Source: the human T2T-CHM13v2.0 reference genome, Homo sapiens. Taken from it: DNA of 64,000 nucleotides. Position numbers and translations under genes: made by a program. Under the pieces are notes generated by a model. That model was not told the DNA's origin. It saw nothing but the letters and a program-made list of their open reading frames with translations, and ran no database searches. The stretch lies in assembly GCF_009914755.1 (NCBI RefSeq), contig NC_060926.1; one strand, given 5' to 3'. Below are positions 48,996 to 60,700 of the stretch, one piece after another; positions within the stretch are counted from its first letter, which is position 1; each line of letters begins with the position of its first letter.

Positions 48996-51935
48996 TGAAA
49001 GCTGTAAAAGTCTCCACACCGAACGACTCCATCTTATATGGTTTGGCTGTGTTCCCACCCAAATTTCATCTTGAATTGTAATCCAAATTTTAATCCTCAC
49101 ATGTTGGGGGAGGGACCTGGTAGGAGGTGATTAGATCATGGGGGGGGGGTCCCCCATGCTGTTCTCACGATAGTGAGTGAGTTTTTCATGAGATCTGATG
49201 ATTTTATAAGGAGCTTTTTCCCCTCTTGCTCTGAACTTGTCTCTCCTGCCACCATGTGAAGAAGGACATGTTTGCTTCTCCTTCCACCGTGATTGTAAGT
49301 GAGACCTCCCCAGCCATGCAGAACTATGAGTCAATTAAACATCTTGCTTTTATAAATTACCCAGTCTTGGGTATGTCCCTATAGCAGTGCGAGAATGGAC
49401 TAAGACATCAGTACTGCAGAGAGTAGAGTGCTGCTATAAGGATATCCAAAAATATGGAAGCAACTTTGAAACTGGGTAACAGGCAGAGGCTGGAACAGTT
49501 TGGAGGGCTTAGAAGAAGACAGGAAAATGTGAGGAAGTTTGGAACTTCCTAGAGACTTGGAGGGCTCAGAAGACAGGAAAATATGGGAAAGTTTGGAACT
49601 TCCTAGAGACTTGTTGAATGGCTTTGACCAAAATGCCGATAGTGATATGGACAATTAAGTCCACGCTGAGGTGGTCTCAGATGGAGATGAGGAACTTGTT
49701 GGGAACTGGAATAAAAGTGGTTTTTGCTATGCTTTAGCAAAGAAACTGACAATATTTTGCCCCTGCCCTAGAGATCTGTGGAACTTTGAACTTGAGAGAG
49801 ATTATTTAGGGTATCTGGAAGAAGAAATCTCTAAGCAGCAAAGCACTCAAGAGGAAAAAGAGCATTTTCTGGGGTTCAAGCCTGCTTCAGAAATTTGCAC
49901 AAGTAACAAGAAGCCCAATGTTAATCAACAAGACAATACAGAACATGTCTCCAGGGAATGTCAGCCCCGCCACATCAGGCTCCAGGCAGCCCCTCTCATC
50001 ACAGGCCTGGAGGCCTAGGAGGAAAAAATGGTTTCCTGGGCTGGACCCAGGGCCCCCCTGCTGTGTGCAGACACAGGACTTGGTACTCTGTGTCCCAGCT
50101 CCTTCAGCTTCAGCCATAGCTAAAAGGGGCCAAAGAACACCTCAGGCCATGGCTTCAGAGGGTGTAAGTCCCAAGCCTTGGCAATTTTCACATGGGGATG
50201 AGTCTGTAGGCGCACAGAAGACGACAACTGAGGTTTGGGAACCTCCACCTAGATTTCAGAAGATGTATGGAAACAGCTGGATGTCCAGGCAGAAGTTTGC
50301 TGCAGGTGTGGAGCCCTCATCTGGAACCTCTGCTAGGGCAGTGTAGAAGGGAAATATGGGGTTCGAGCCCTCACACAGAGTCCCTACTGGGCCACTGCCT
50401 GGTAGAGCTGTGAGAAGATGGCCACCATCCTCCAGACCCCAGAATGGTAGATCCACTGAAAGTTTGCATCATGCACCTGGAAAAGCCATAGACATTCAAT
50501 GTCAGCCCATGAAAGCAGCTGGAAGGGGGGCTGTACCCTGCAAAACCAAAGGGGCGGAGCTGCCCAAAGCTATGGAAGCCCACCTCTTGCATCCGTGTGA
50601 CCTGGATGTGAGACGACATGGAGTCAATGGAAATCATTTTGGAGCTTTGACTGCTCTGTTGGATTTTGGACTTTCATGGAGCCTATAGCCCCTCTGTATT
50701 GGCCAATTTCTCCCATTTGGAATGAGTATATTTACTCAATTCCTGTACCACCATTATATCTAGGAAATAACTAACTTGCTTTTAATTTTACCAGCTCATA
50801 AGTGAAATGGACTTGCCCTGTCTCAGATGAGACTCTGGATTAGGACTTTTGGGTTAACGCTGAAATGAGTTAAGACTTGGGGGACTGTTGGAAGGGCATG
50901 ATTGTGTTTTGAAATGTAAGAACATGAGATTTTGGAGGAGCCAGGGGCAAAATGATATGGTTTGGCTGTGTCCTCACCCAAATCTCATCTTGAATTGTAA
51001 TCTGAATTGTAATTCCCATGTGTTGCTGGAGAGACTTTATGGGAGGTAATTAGATCCTGGGGGCAGTTCCCCCATGCTGTTCTCATGATATTCAGTGAGT
51101 TCTCATGAGACCTAATGGTTTTATAAGGGGCTGTTCCCCCTTTCACTCTGCACTTCTTTCTTATCCTGCTATGTGAAGAAGAATGTGTTTGCTTCCCCTT
51201 CTGCCATGATTGTAAGTTTCCTGAGGCTTCCTCAGCCTCGTGGAACTGTGAGTCAATTAACATTGTTTCCTTTATAAATTACCCAGTCTCAGGTACGTTC
51301 TTATAGCAGTGTGAGAACAGACTAACATACCATCCAAACCTCTGGACTAAGAGATGACCAAACCCCGGCGTGACTTCTAGCAACATAAGGTACTGTGTTC
51401 CTAGGGTGACTCCAGCCCATCATTACAATGTCTGCCCAAGAAAATTCAACCCAGGCATAACTTAAAGTTTGTTCCAGACAGAACCTGACAGAAGGCCCCT
51501 GACCTCCCATTTTTAGAGCATTTATTTAAAAGGGTTTATATTTGTGGATCTCTTCTCGGCCTCTTTGATATATATAAATAGCTCCTACAACTCCAGAATG
51601 TCTTTCTAAAGAACCTGAAAGCCATAGCTTTGGAATGTAATTGTCAAGAAGAATAAGATCTCTGTCTCCCAGTCTGTGTGGGAGGATGGAATCCTAATTT
51701 GCACAGTGAGTGCCAGATAGCAGACACAGGTCCTATTTACACTGACCAACCCTTTACAATTTTTACCTGAGCTCCCATTTGCACCTTCTCCATATTTCCT
51801 CATTATCCCTTCAAAACACATAGTTAACTTTGCACAAATCAGAATGGAGGTCAGCTCTTTCCTCTACTGTCAGTAGTTACTGAGTAAAATTGTTTAACTA
51901 CTTCAACAAATGTCTGCATGTGTTTATCTTTGACA
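48996..51935 (+). mobile_element. ERV1-class LTR (MER31/MER67-like) split by the THE1 provirus
   Basis: Short 5' piece 48996-49033 and body 51335-51935, ending GTTTATCTTTGACA; CCCAGTCTGTGTGGGAGGATGGAATCCTAA motif. Confidence 0.6.
49034..51329 (+). mobile_element. Full-length THE1 (THE1D-like) element: 5'LTR 49034-49407, internal 49408-50952, 3'LTR 50953-51329
   Basis: Two similar LTRs, about 1.55-kb THE1-int, perfect 5-bp TSD CCATC (49029-33 / 51330-34). Confidence 0.95.
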
Positions 51936-53509
51936 TCCTTCCTTCAAGACCCCAAGTCTCATCCTATTTCAATATTTACTCTCAATCCAGGATCTTGTCA
52001 TTTAAATCAGGTCTAAATATAATAAGCCTTCTGAGGTGTGGCACTTTTAACATTATATCTCTCAATTTAAAGAACTGTGAACTCAAAAGAAAAATTCTTA
52101 TCTTTTTCCCACTTAAAATACAATGGTGGTACAAGCCTAGATAATTGCTATAGGCACTCCATGGGATGCACGCAGCAGTCACCTGTTCAAAGTAGTTCTG
52201 AAGTTCAGCTGGGCACAGGTAGTCTGTTCCTTGACTCAGGTACAGTCTCACCGTCATGAAGATATGGCTCTAACTCTTGGTTCTATAACTTGAAGTTTTG
52301 GTTTCACCCTCTGAGGACCCTTGTTTTATCCTCTGGGTCAAACTATTTTTTTCCATAAGAAATGGCCTGTGGTTGCAATTAAGTAGACTTCCCTGCATCC
52401 TACCTGCCTGTAAAAAGTTGGAGAGGAGGGTGTTTTGAAAGTCCACTTCACATTTCATACTGTCATTGTCTCTTTTGCTCCAAACTGATAAAATGCCATT
52501 AAAAACACTGTGGATGTTCTATGTCTCAATGTATGAATCCATCAAATAAAAGACATGTCCCAAACTCTCTTAAAGATCAGCTGTTCTCTTACCTTGGGCT
52601 TCCTATGAGATTGCTGTGACAACAATGCTTTTAAGATCCCTTAAAAACCTATCATTTAACAGAGAGGCTATGCAAGAGATGTCCTTAAGATCCTTAGAAG
52701 GCTGTTTGTTTATCTGAAAGGCTTATGAAGCATCTCCTTAAATTTTTCTGAGGTTTTCACTGACAGTTTTAAAGTTACACCTTTGGCTTCATCTTTATCC
52801 TAAGAAGTATTTCTGATAGTATGCTGGATTTTATTTTTCTCTAGGATTCTTTCTTACTTTGAAAAAAGTTTTTTTGCTGAATGAAAGAGACAGGGAATGA
52901 GAAACAATTTTGTTTTGAACCCAGTAAGTCCTGGCTTCTTTATATTTTCCTGAAACTTTGCTTGAAAATACAAATAGCTTTTTCTTTCTTTCTTTTTTTC
53001 TCACTCTTCTCTCACCATATCTCCTTATACACAGATAAAAGAAATCAAAGAGTACTTTCAAAATCTGCCTGAAATTTTTCTTAGCCAAATCCATCAGTTA
53101 ATTAGATAAATAATATATTTTTTCACATCAGCACATATGACAGTGTTACTAAAATTTCTTCTACTACAGAACAAGGGTCATTTTATTTTCCACTCTCTAA
53201 TAACAATTTCTTCTCTGTCTTTACAGCCTTAACCACCAGCCTACCTGAAGCTTTCCAGACTATGAATAATCTCCTCAAATCTCTTTTTGTTTTAATTAAC
53301 GTACTGACTTGCATAACTGACATTAAAGGGCTTTTCAGCTTATACCAGCTGTCCAGTTCTACAGCAAATACCATATGCTTTAAGATTTTTACAACAGCAG
53401 AACCCCACTTGTGGGACAAAATTCATCTTCCAGTTAGTAATTCTCTATAATAATAAACTTGGTAGCTTAAACTGATTATTTTGTTATGGTCACAGATTTG
53501 CTGGGACAG

Positions 53510-53874
53510 TGTCTTAGTTTGGGTTGCTATAACAGAATATCATAGACTCAGTAGCTTAAATGGCAGAAATTAGTTTCTCATAGCTCTGGAAGCTGGAAAG
53601 TCCAAGATCAGGGAGCTAGTACATCCAGTGTCTGATGAGAGCCTGCTTCCTGGTTTGCAGATGGTCGTCTTCTCATTGCATCTTCACAACGCACAGACAA
53701 GAGGGAGGAGGCAAACTCTTGTTTCTCTTTTATAGGGTCACTAATCTCACAAGAAGGCTCCACCCTCATGAAAAATTACCATCCAAAGGCCCCACTTCCT
53801 AATGCTATGCATACACATATTCCACATGATTTCAACATACGAATCTTGGGAGGACAAACATACAGTCAGTAACA
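53510..53874 (-). mobile_element. MLT1A0-like solo LTR inserted in an older MLT1 LTR
   Basis: TGTCTTAGTTTGGGTTGCTATAACAGAATATCATAGAC...CAGTCAGTAACA; perfect TSD GACAG. Confidence 0.88.
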
Positions 53875-54724
53875 GACAGGAATTAGTACAGGGCTCAGCA
53901 AGAATGGTTGATCTCTGGCCCAAATTGTCTAGGGTATCAGATAGGAAGCCACAATGGTGGATATGACTTACACCTGTGACTAAAATCACCTGCCAGCTGA
54001 TTGGTGCCTGGCTTGGGATGAATTGAATAATGGGAATCCCAACCAGTGTGCTTACATGTGGCCTTTCTATATTGCTTGGCTTCTTCATAGCACAGCAGCC
54101 TCAGTGCTGATGAACTTCTTACAGGGAAGCCTGAAACCCCAAGTGGGAATATTTCAGGAGACAAAGAAGAAGTTGCACTGTCTCTTATGATGAAGGCTTG
54201 AAAGTTCCATTGGATCATGTGGGACTGTTGGTTGAAATTGTTGCAAACCTATCCAGATTACAGAGGAAGGAAATTAAGTCAAGTCTTAATAGAGGTCACA
54301 GGTTGAATGGAAGACATTATTGCAACCATATTTGAAAAATATAATTAGCCACACTCATAAAAAAATTAGTCAAGTATATAGCTAAGTAATCAATTAACTT
54401 ATCCATATCAAATGTGCATACACACACCTACACACACACCTACACACACAAACACACCATGCATTTGACATGATGTATGTTGCTCCTGGTATATGAATAT
54501 GATTCATGTTCACATTATTTGAAAAAGTTTGCAGTTTAGTTTAGATCTTCTTATGTCAATCAATTGTGGAAAATGTCAATGAAAAATTATCATGACATCA
54601 TATAATAATCAATAATTTCAATGTAGTACTTTAAAGTAGCCAAGAATATGAGATTTGTGGTTCTAAGTCTGTTCTGAAGCTATGAAAGCTTAATCAATAT
54701 ACTCAGACTCTTAAAGCTTCAGGG

Positions 54725-56330
54725 TTTATTTTGAACAAATTTATTGACATATAATTTATTTAGACTAGACTGCACCTATTATAGGTTAAAATTTGATGAG
54801 TTTTGACAGATATATACAAACAAAACCAGTGAAATATACACCCAATGAAACCAATGTCACAACCAAAACGTTTCCATCACCACCTAAAATTTCCTTGGGC
54901 CACTTTTCAATTTACCATTTTTTCCACCCCTGGTTCCATGCAGCCACTGTTCTACTTTTAATAACCATAGATTAATTCCCATTTTCTAGAATTTTAATAG
55001 TCTTACAGTACTTAATTTTTGCATCAGACTTCATTTAATTAGCATGATTTTTTAGTTGAATCAATGTAGCTGTGTGTATTCATATTTTATTCCTTTTTAT
55101 TGCTGAGTAGAGTCCCACTTTATAGATAGAGCTCATTTTGTATATCCATAAATGGAGCCATTGGGTTGGGGCTACCCTGAGACCCCAGCCTGTTGGAGCC
55201 ACTGGCATGCAAGTTTAGTACCTGAGAGCCACATGTGTTGGACTCCAACCCCTGAGAGCTGCAGCAAGGGCTGTAACCATGAGGGTGGGGTTGCCTGAAG
55301 ACTTAGCAGCCCAACCTCCAGCCCAGGTAAAAAATGGAGTCAAATACAATTATTCTCAATCTTTTTGACTGAGTGTTTTTCCCCCTATTGAGCTTTGGGC
55401 TTACTTGCAACTCATTACCCTTTCTTCTTTCCTGTATCTCCCTTTTGGAGTGGGAATGTCTATCTTATGCCTGTCCCTCCATTGTATTTTGGAAACACAT
55501 CACTTGTTTTATTTTACAGACTCAGAGTTAGAAGGGAATTTGCCTCCAGATGGGTACCAACTTGAGTTTCACAGACATTCAATTTAGATGGTATTTAGAT
55601 GAAACTATTGGACTTTAAGCGTTTGTTATTGGTATGAATTAAGACTTTTGGGGCTATTGCGATAGAATTAATGCATTTTTCATGTAAGAAGGACATGAAT
55701 CTTAGGGAGAGGGGCGGGGATGAAATGGTATGGCCTGAAAATATCCCCTAAAACCCATAAGTTGAAATTTAATCCCTAGTGCAGTGGTGTTGGGACATGG
55801 GGCATCTGGAAAGTGATTAGTTTATAGGAACAGAGCCCTCATAATTGGGATTAGTGGCCTTATAAATGAGGCCCTAGAGAGCTTTTTTTTTGTCTCTTCT
55901 GCCATGTGAGGACACTAGGAAGGCACTATCTATCAGGACAAAGCTCTCACAGGCATTGAATCTGTGGTGCCTTGATCTTGGACTTCCCAGCCTCCAGAGA
56001 TGTCAGCAATAAATTTGTATCATTTGTAAATTATCCAGTCTAAGATCATTTTGTTATAGCAGCCCAAATGAACTAAGGTAGTAAACCGATTGATGGCCAT
56101 TTGAATTATTTCCAGTTTGGGTTATTATAAATAAAGATGCTATGAAAATTCATATCAAATCCTTGTGTTGATGTATATTTTCATATCTTTTGGGTAAATA
56201 TCTAGTTGTAGAATGGCTGGATTACATGATAGGTATATGTTTAACTTCTAAAAAAAACTACCAAACTGTTTTCCAAAGTGCTGATCCTGTTTTTATGTTA
56301 CTACCAGCTGTGTATGGGCATTCTTGTTGT
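54725..56330 (-). mobile_element. L1M (L1MB/MC-like) 3' region, interrupted at 55150-56080
   Basis: TTGATGAGTTTTGACAGAT...TTTATTGCTGAGTAG...|GATGGCCATTTG...TGGGTAAATATCTAG. Confidence 0.8.
55152..56080 (+). mobile_element. MST/MLT1A-type MaLR internal 3' part plus 3' LTR (about 55726-56080)
   Basis: TTAAGACTTTTGGGGCTATTG...GGACATGAATC then LTR ending TTTGTTATAGCAGCCCAAATGAACTAAG. Confidence 0.8.
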
Positions 56331-56759
56331 GTAAAATATGGAATATATCTTAGCATTTTTGAGGAAGCCATAAAAATAATATAATCAAATTGCTCACATA
56401 GGACTGTGTGCACATAGGTGATCAGTAGCCAGCTGTAATTTGTTCAGTCAGACTATAGGTGGTATAATTATCAACGGATGAAAATTCAAAGACAAGAAAG
56501 ATGCAAATGGGCTGGGGCAAATCAAAATGTCTTCAGGGGGAGTTGGAAATGGAAGTAATTATTGAATGATAAATAAGACATGGATTAGTGGAAAGGGGGA
56601 GTCAAACATTGCATGAAAGCATTTCTATTAAACTAATGACTCAAATGAAAATATAGGCAAAGACACATAGCCAAGTCTTAACCACGGATTCCTTCAGGAA
56701 AGTGAAATGTAGAAGTGGGAGTAGCAATATAATGATGAAGAAACTTCATTTTTTAATTT

Positions 56760-57080
56760 TTTTTTTTTTGAGACAGAGTTTCACTGTTGTTGACCAGGCT
56801 GGAGTACAATGGCGGGATCTTGGCTCGCTGTAACTTCTGCATCCCGGGTTCAAGCAATTCTCCTGCCATAGCCTCCTGAGTAGCTGGGATTACAGGCTAG
56901 CCTCCTGAGTAGCTGGGATTACAGGCATGCACCACCATACCCAGCTAATTTTGCATTTTTAGTAGAGACGGGGTTTCTCCATGTTGGTCAGGCTGGTCTC
57001 AAACTCCCAACCTCAGGTGATCTGCCCACCTCGGCCTCCCAAAGTGCTGCGATTACAGGCATGAGCCACCGTGCTCAGCC
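56760..57080 (-). mobile_element. AluSp-like SINE with an internal 29-bp tandem duplication
   Basis: GGGTTTCTCCATGTTGGTCAGGC; TSD CATTTTTTAATTT. Confidence 0.95.
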
Positions 57081-57094
57081 CATTTTTTAATTTA

Positions 57095-57742
57095 TTTATG
57101 TAGTTTATTCATCCATTGACTTAATGATATTAATAGAAAATTTGTGCATTCAAGGAGGTACAAGCTAGACAATGTCTCTGCCCTCTTGGAGTTCACATTA
57201 AATTCAGGGAGACAGATAAAATACAGAAAAGCCAAAAGTAATACACATTAAAAATGTGGCATTAAAGAGAGAAAAAAGAGACTGGCTAGAAATAGAGCGG
57301 AATTGCATTTTACATAGGACAATCACAGAAGGCATTCTGGATGAAGTGACATTTAAGGTGAATCTAAAGGGTAAGAAAGATCCATCGTGTGAACAGTATA
57401 AGGAGTAAGGCTAAATGCAGATTACATAAGATTTACAAATAATTTTTTAAAACTTCAAATAAGAAAAAGTAAGATATATTTTAAATACTGAAATAATTAA
57501 TTTCTAGCTATTAGGAGAAGAGAGAGCAAGATGAATATTGGCGTTAGCTGAGGTTGAAGCTGAAGGTATGGGTCAGATCATTATCTTGTAGGGTACAGAA
57601 AAGCATTTTGTTTTATTTTAGGTACAGTAGTCAACCACTACAGGATTTCAGACAGATATAGAGTCATATTATTTATTTTTTAAGAAGCTAAACACAGATT
57701 TCTATAAAAAAGCAATGGAAGTGGGGAGCAATAATTGAGGTT
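57095..57742 (-). mobile_element. L2 fragment (continues at 63132-63490 and 63780-64000)
   Basis: TCTCTGCCCTCTTGGAGTTCACA...GGGAGACAGA...GAAGTGACATTTAAG. Confidence 0.7.
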
Positions 57743-57759
57743 AGAAAACAGTAGACTGG

Positions 57760-60700
57760 GCATCAGGTTGGTCCCCCCCGGGACGGAGCTCCCAGAGGAT
57801 GGAGCAGACAGCCACCTTTGCTGTTATGCAGCCTCCACTGGTGACACCTCCATATGTGGCAGGGACCCTGGGGAATAGGGTCTGGAGTGGACCCCCAGCA
57901 AACTGCAGCAGTCTTATGGAAGAAAGCCCTGAGGTTTTTATTTTTAGAAGAAAAACAAACAGAAAGCAACAACAACAACAACAACAACAAAAAGACCCCA
58001 CAAAAACCCCATCCAAAGTTCAGCAGCCTCAAAGATTGAAGGTAGATAAGCTTATGAAGGTGGGAAAGAATCAATGGAAAAATGCTGAAAACTCAAAAAG
58101 CCAGAGTACCTCTTCTTCAAATGATTGAACACTTTTCCAGCAAGGGTACAGAACTGGGCTGAGGCTGAGATGGATGAACTGATAGAAGTAAGCTTCAGAA
58201 GGGGTGTAATAGCAAACTTCACTGAGCTAAAGGAATATGTTCTAATCCAATGCAAGGAAGCTAAGAACCATGATAAAACATTACAGGAGCTGTTAACCAG
58301 AATAATCAATTTAGAGAGAAACATAAATGACCTGATAGACCTGAAAAACACAACATGAGAACTTCACAATGCCACTATAAGTATCAATAGCCAAATAGAC
58401 CAAGCAGAGGAAAGAGTCTCAGAGCTTGAAGACTACCTTGCTGAAATAAGACAGGCAGACAAGATTAGAGAAAAAAGAATGAATAGGAATAAACAAAACC
58501 TCTGAGAACTATAGGATTATGTAAAAAGATTGAACCTATGACTGATTGGGGTATCTGAAAGAAATGGGGAGAATGGAACCAAGTCGGAAAACATACTTCA
58601 GGATATCATCCAGAAGAACTTCCTCAACCTAGCAAGACAGGCCAACATTCAAATTCAGGAAATTCAGAGAACCCCAGTAAGATACTCCATGAGAAAGAAG
58701 ATCAACCCCTGACCCATAATCATCAGATTCTCCAAGGTCAAAACGAAGGAAAAAATGTTAAGAGCAGCCAGAGAGAAAGGCCAGGTCACTGCAAAGGGAA
58801 GCCCATCAGACTAACAGCAACCCTGTCAGTGGAAACCCTACAAGCCAAAAGTGATTGGAGGCCAATATTCAACATTCTTAAAGAATTTCCAAACCAGAAT
58901 TTTATATCTGGCCAAACTAAGCTTCATAAGTGAAAGAGAAATAAAATCCTTTACAGACAAGAAGATACTGAGTGAATTCATCACCACCAGGCCTGCCTTG
59001 CAAGAGCTCCTGAAGGAAACCCTAAATATGGAAAGGAAAAACCATTACCAGCAACTGCAAAACACACTGTAGTACACAGACCAATGACACGATGAAGTAA
59101 CTACATTAACAAGTTTGCAAAATAACCAGCTAGGTTCATGATGACATGATCAAATTCATACATAACAATATTAATCTTAAATGCAAATAGTCTAAATGCC
59201 CCAATTAAAAGCCCCAGAATGGCAAGCTGGATAGTCAAGACCCAATGTCCTGTATTCAAGAGACCCATCTCATGTGCGAAGACACACAGACTCAAAATAA
59301 AAGGATGAAGGAAAATTTACCAAGGAAATGGAAAGCAAAATAAAGCATGTGTTGCAATCTTCATTTCTGACAAAACAGACTTTAAACCAACAGAGATTTA
59401 AAAAGACAAAGAAGGGCATTACATAATGGTAAAGGGTTCAATTCAACAAGAAGAGCTAACTATCCTAAATATATATGCATCAATATGCTCCAATATAGGA
59501 CCACCCAGATTCATAAAAAAGTTCTTAGAGATCTACAAAGAGACTTAGACTCCCACACAATAATAGTGGGAGACTTTAACACCTCATGTCAATATTAGAC
59601 AGATCATCGAGACAGAAAATTAACAAAGATATTTAGGACTTGAACTCAGCTCTGGATCAAGTGGACCTAACAGACATCTACAGAACTCTTTACCAAATGC
59701 AACAGAATATACATTCTTCTTGGTGTCACATGGCACTTACTCTAAAACTGATCACATGATTGGAAGCAAAACACTCTCAGCAAACACGAAAGAACTGAAA
59801 TCATAATGAACAGTCTCTCAGGCCACAATGCAAACAGATTAGAACTGAAGATTAAGAAACTCACTTGAAACCACACGACTACACGGAAACTATACGACCT
59901 GCTCCTGAATGACTCCTGGGTAAATAATGAAATTAAGGCAGAATTCAGGAAGTTCTTTGAAACCAAGAACAAAGAGACAATGTACCAGAATTTCTGGACT
60001 ACAGCTAAAGCAGTGCTAAGAGGGAAATTCATAGCACTAAATGCCAACATCATAAAGCTAGAAAGATCTAAAATTGACATCCTAACATCACAACTAAAAG
60101 AACTAGAGAACCAGGAGCAAACAAACTCCAAAGCTAGCAGAAAACAAGAAATAACTAAGATCAGAGTGGAACTGAAGGAGATAGAGACACGAAAAACCCT
60201 TCAAAAAAATCAACAAATCCAGGAGCTGGTTTTTTGAAAAAATTAATAAAATAGATAGACTGCTAGCTAGACTAATAAAGAAGAAAGGAGAGAAAAATCA
60301 AATAAACACAATAAGAAACGATAAAAGGGATATCACCACTGACCCCACAGAAATACAAACGACCATCAAAGAATACAGTACACACCTCTAGGCAAATTCA
60401 CTAGGAAATCTAGACAAAATGGATGAATTTCTGGACAACTACACACTCCCAAGACTGAACCAGAAAGAAGTTGAATCTCTGAATAGACCAATATCCCTGA
60501 AATAGAGGCAATAATAAATAGACTACCAACCAAAAATGCCCAAGACCAGATAGATTTATAGCTGAATTCTACCAGAGGTACAAAGAGGAGGTGGTACCAT
60601 TACTTTTGAAGCTATTCCAGACTATTGAAAAGAGGAGATTTCTTCCTAGCTCATTTTATGAGGCCAGCATCATCCTGGTACTAAAACCTGGCAGATATAC

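Larger units (their letters stand above)
48690..54352 (-). mobile_element. Old MLT1 (G/H-like) MaLR provirus remnant (LTR-internal-LTR) hosting later insertions
   Basis: LTR-like 48690-48933 and 53430-54352; internal 48934-48995 plus 51936-53430, ending GCAGAACCCCACTTGTGGGACAAAATTC (antisense MLT-int start). Confidence 0.6.

Noticed and set aside
49500-49613. About 55-bp tandem duplication in THE1-int
   Set aside because: I recall this as a common THE1-int variant, so it is not locus-specific without a consensus check
49400-51263. Dense cluster of 66-142-aa ORFs
   Set aside because: All lie in the THE1 internal region or LTR and are decayed MaLR sequence
57799-58128. ORF with a polyglutamine run
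   Set aside because: (CAA)n slippage in the A-rich L1 5'UTR/ORF1 boundary
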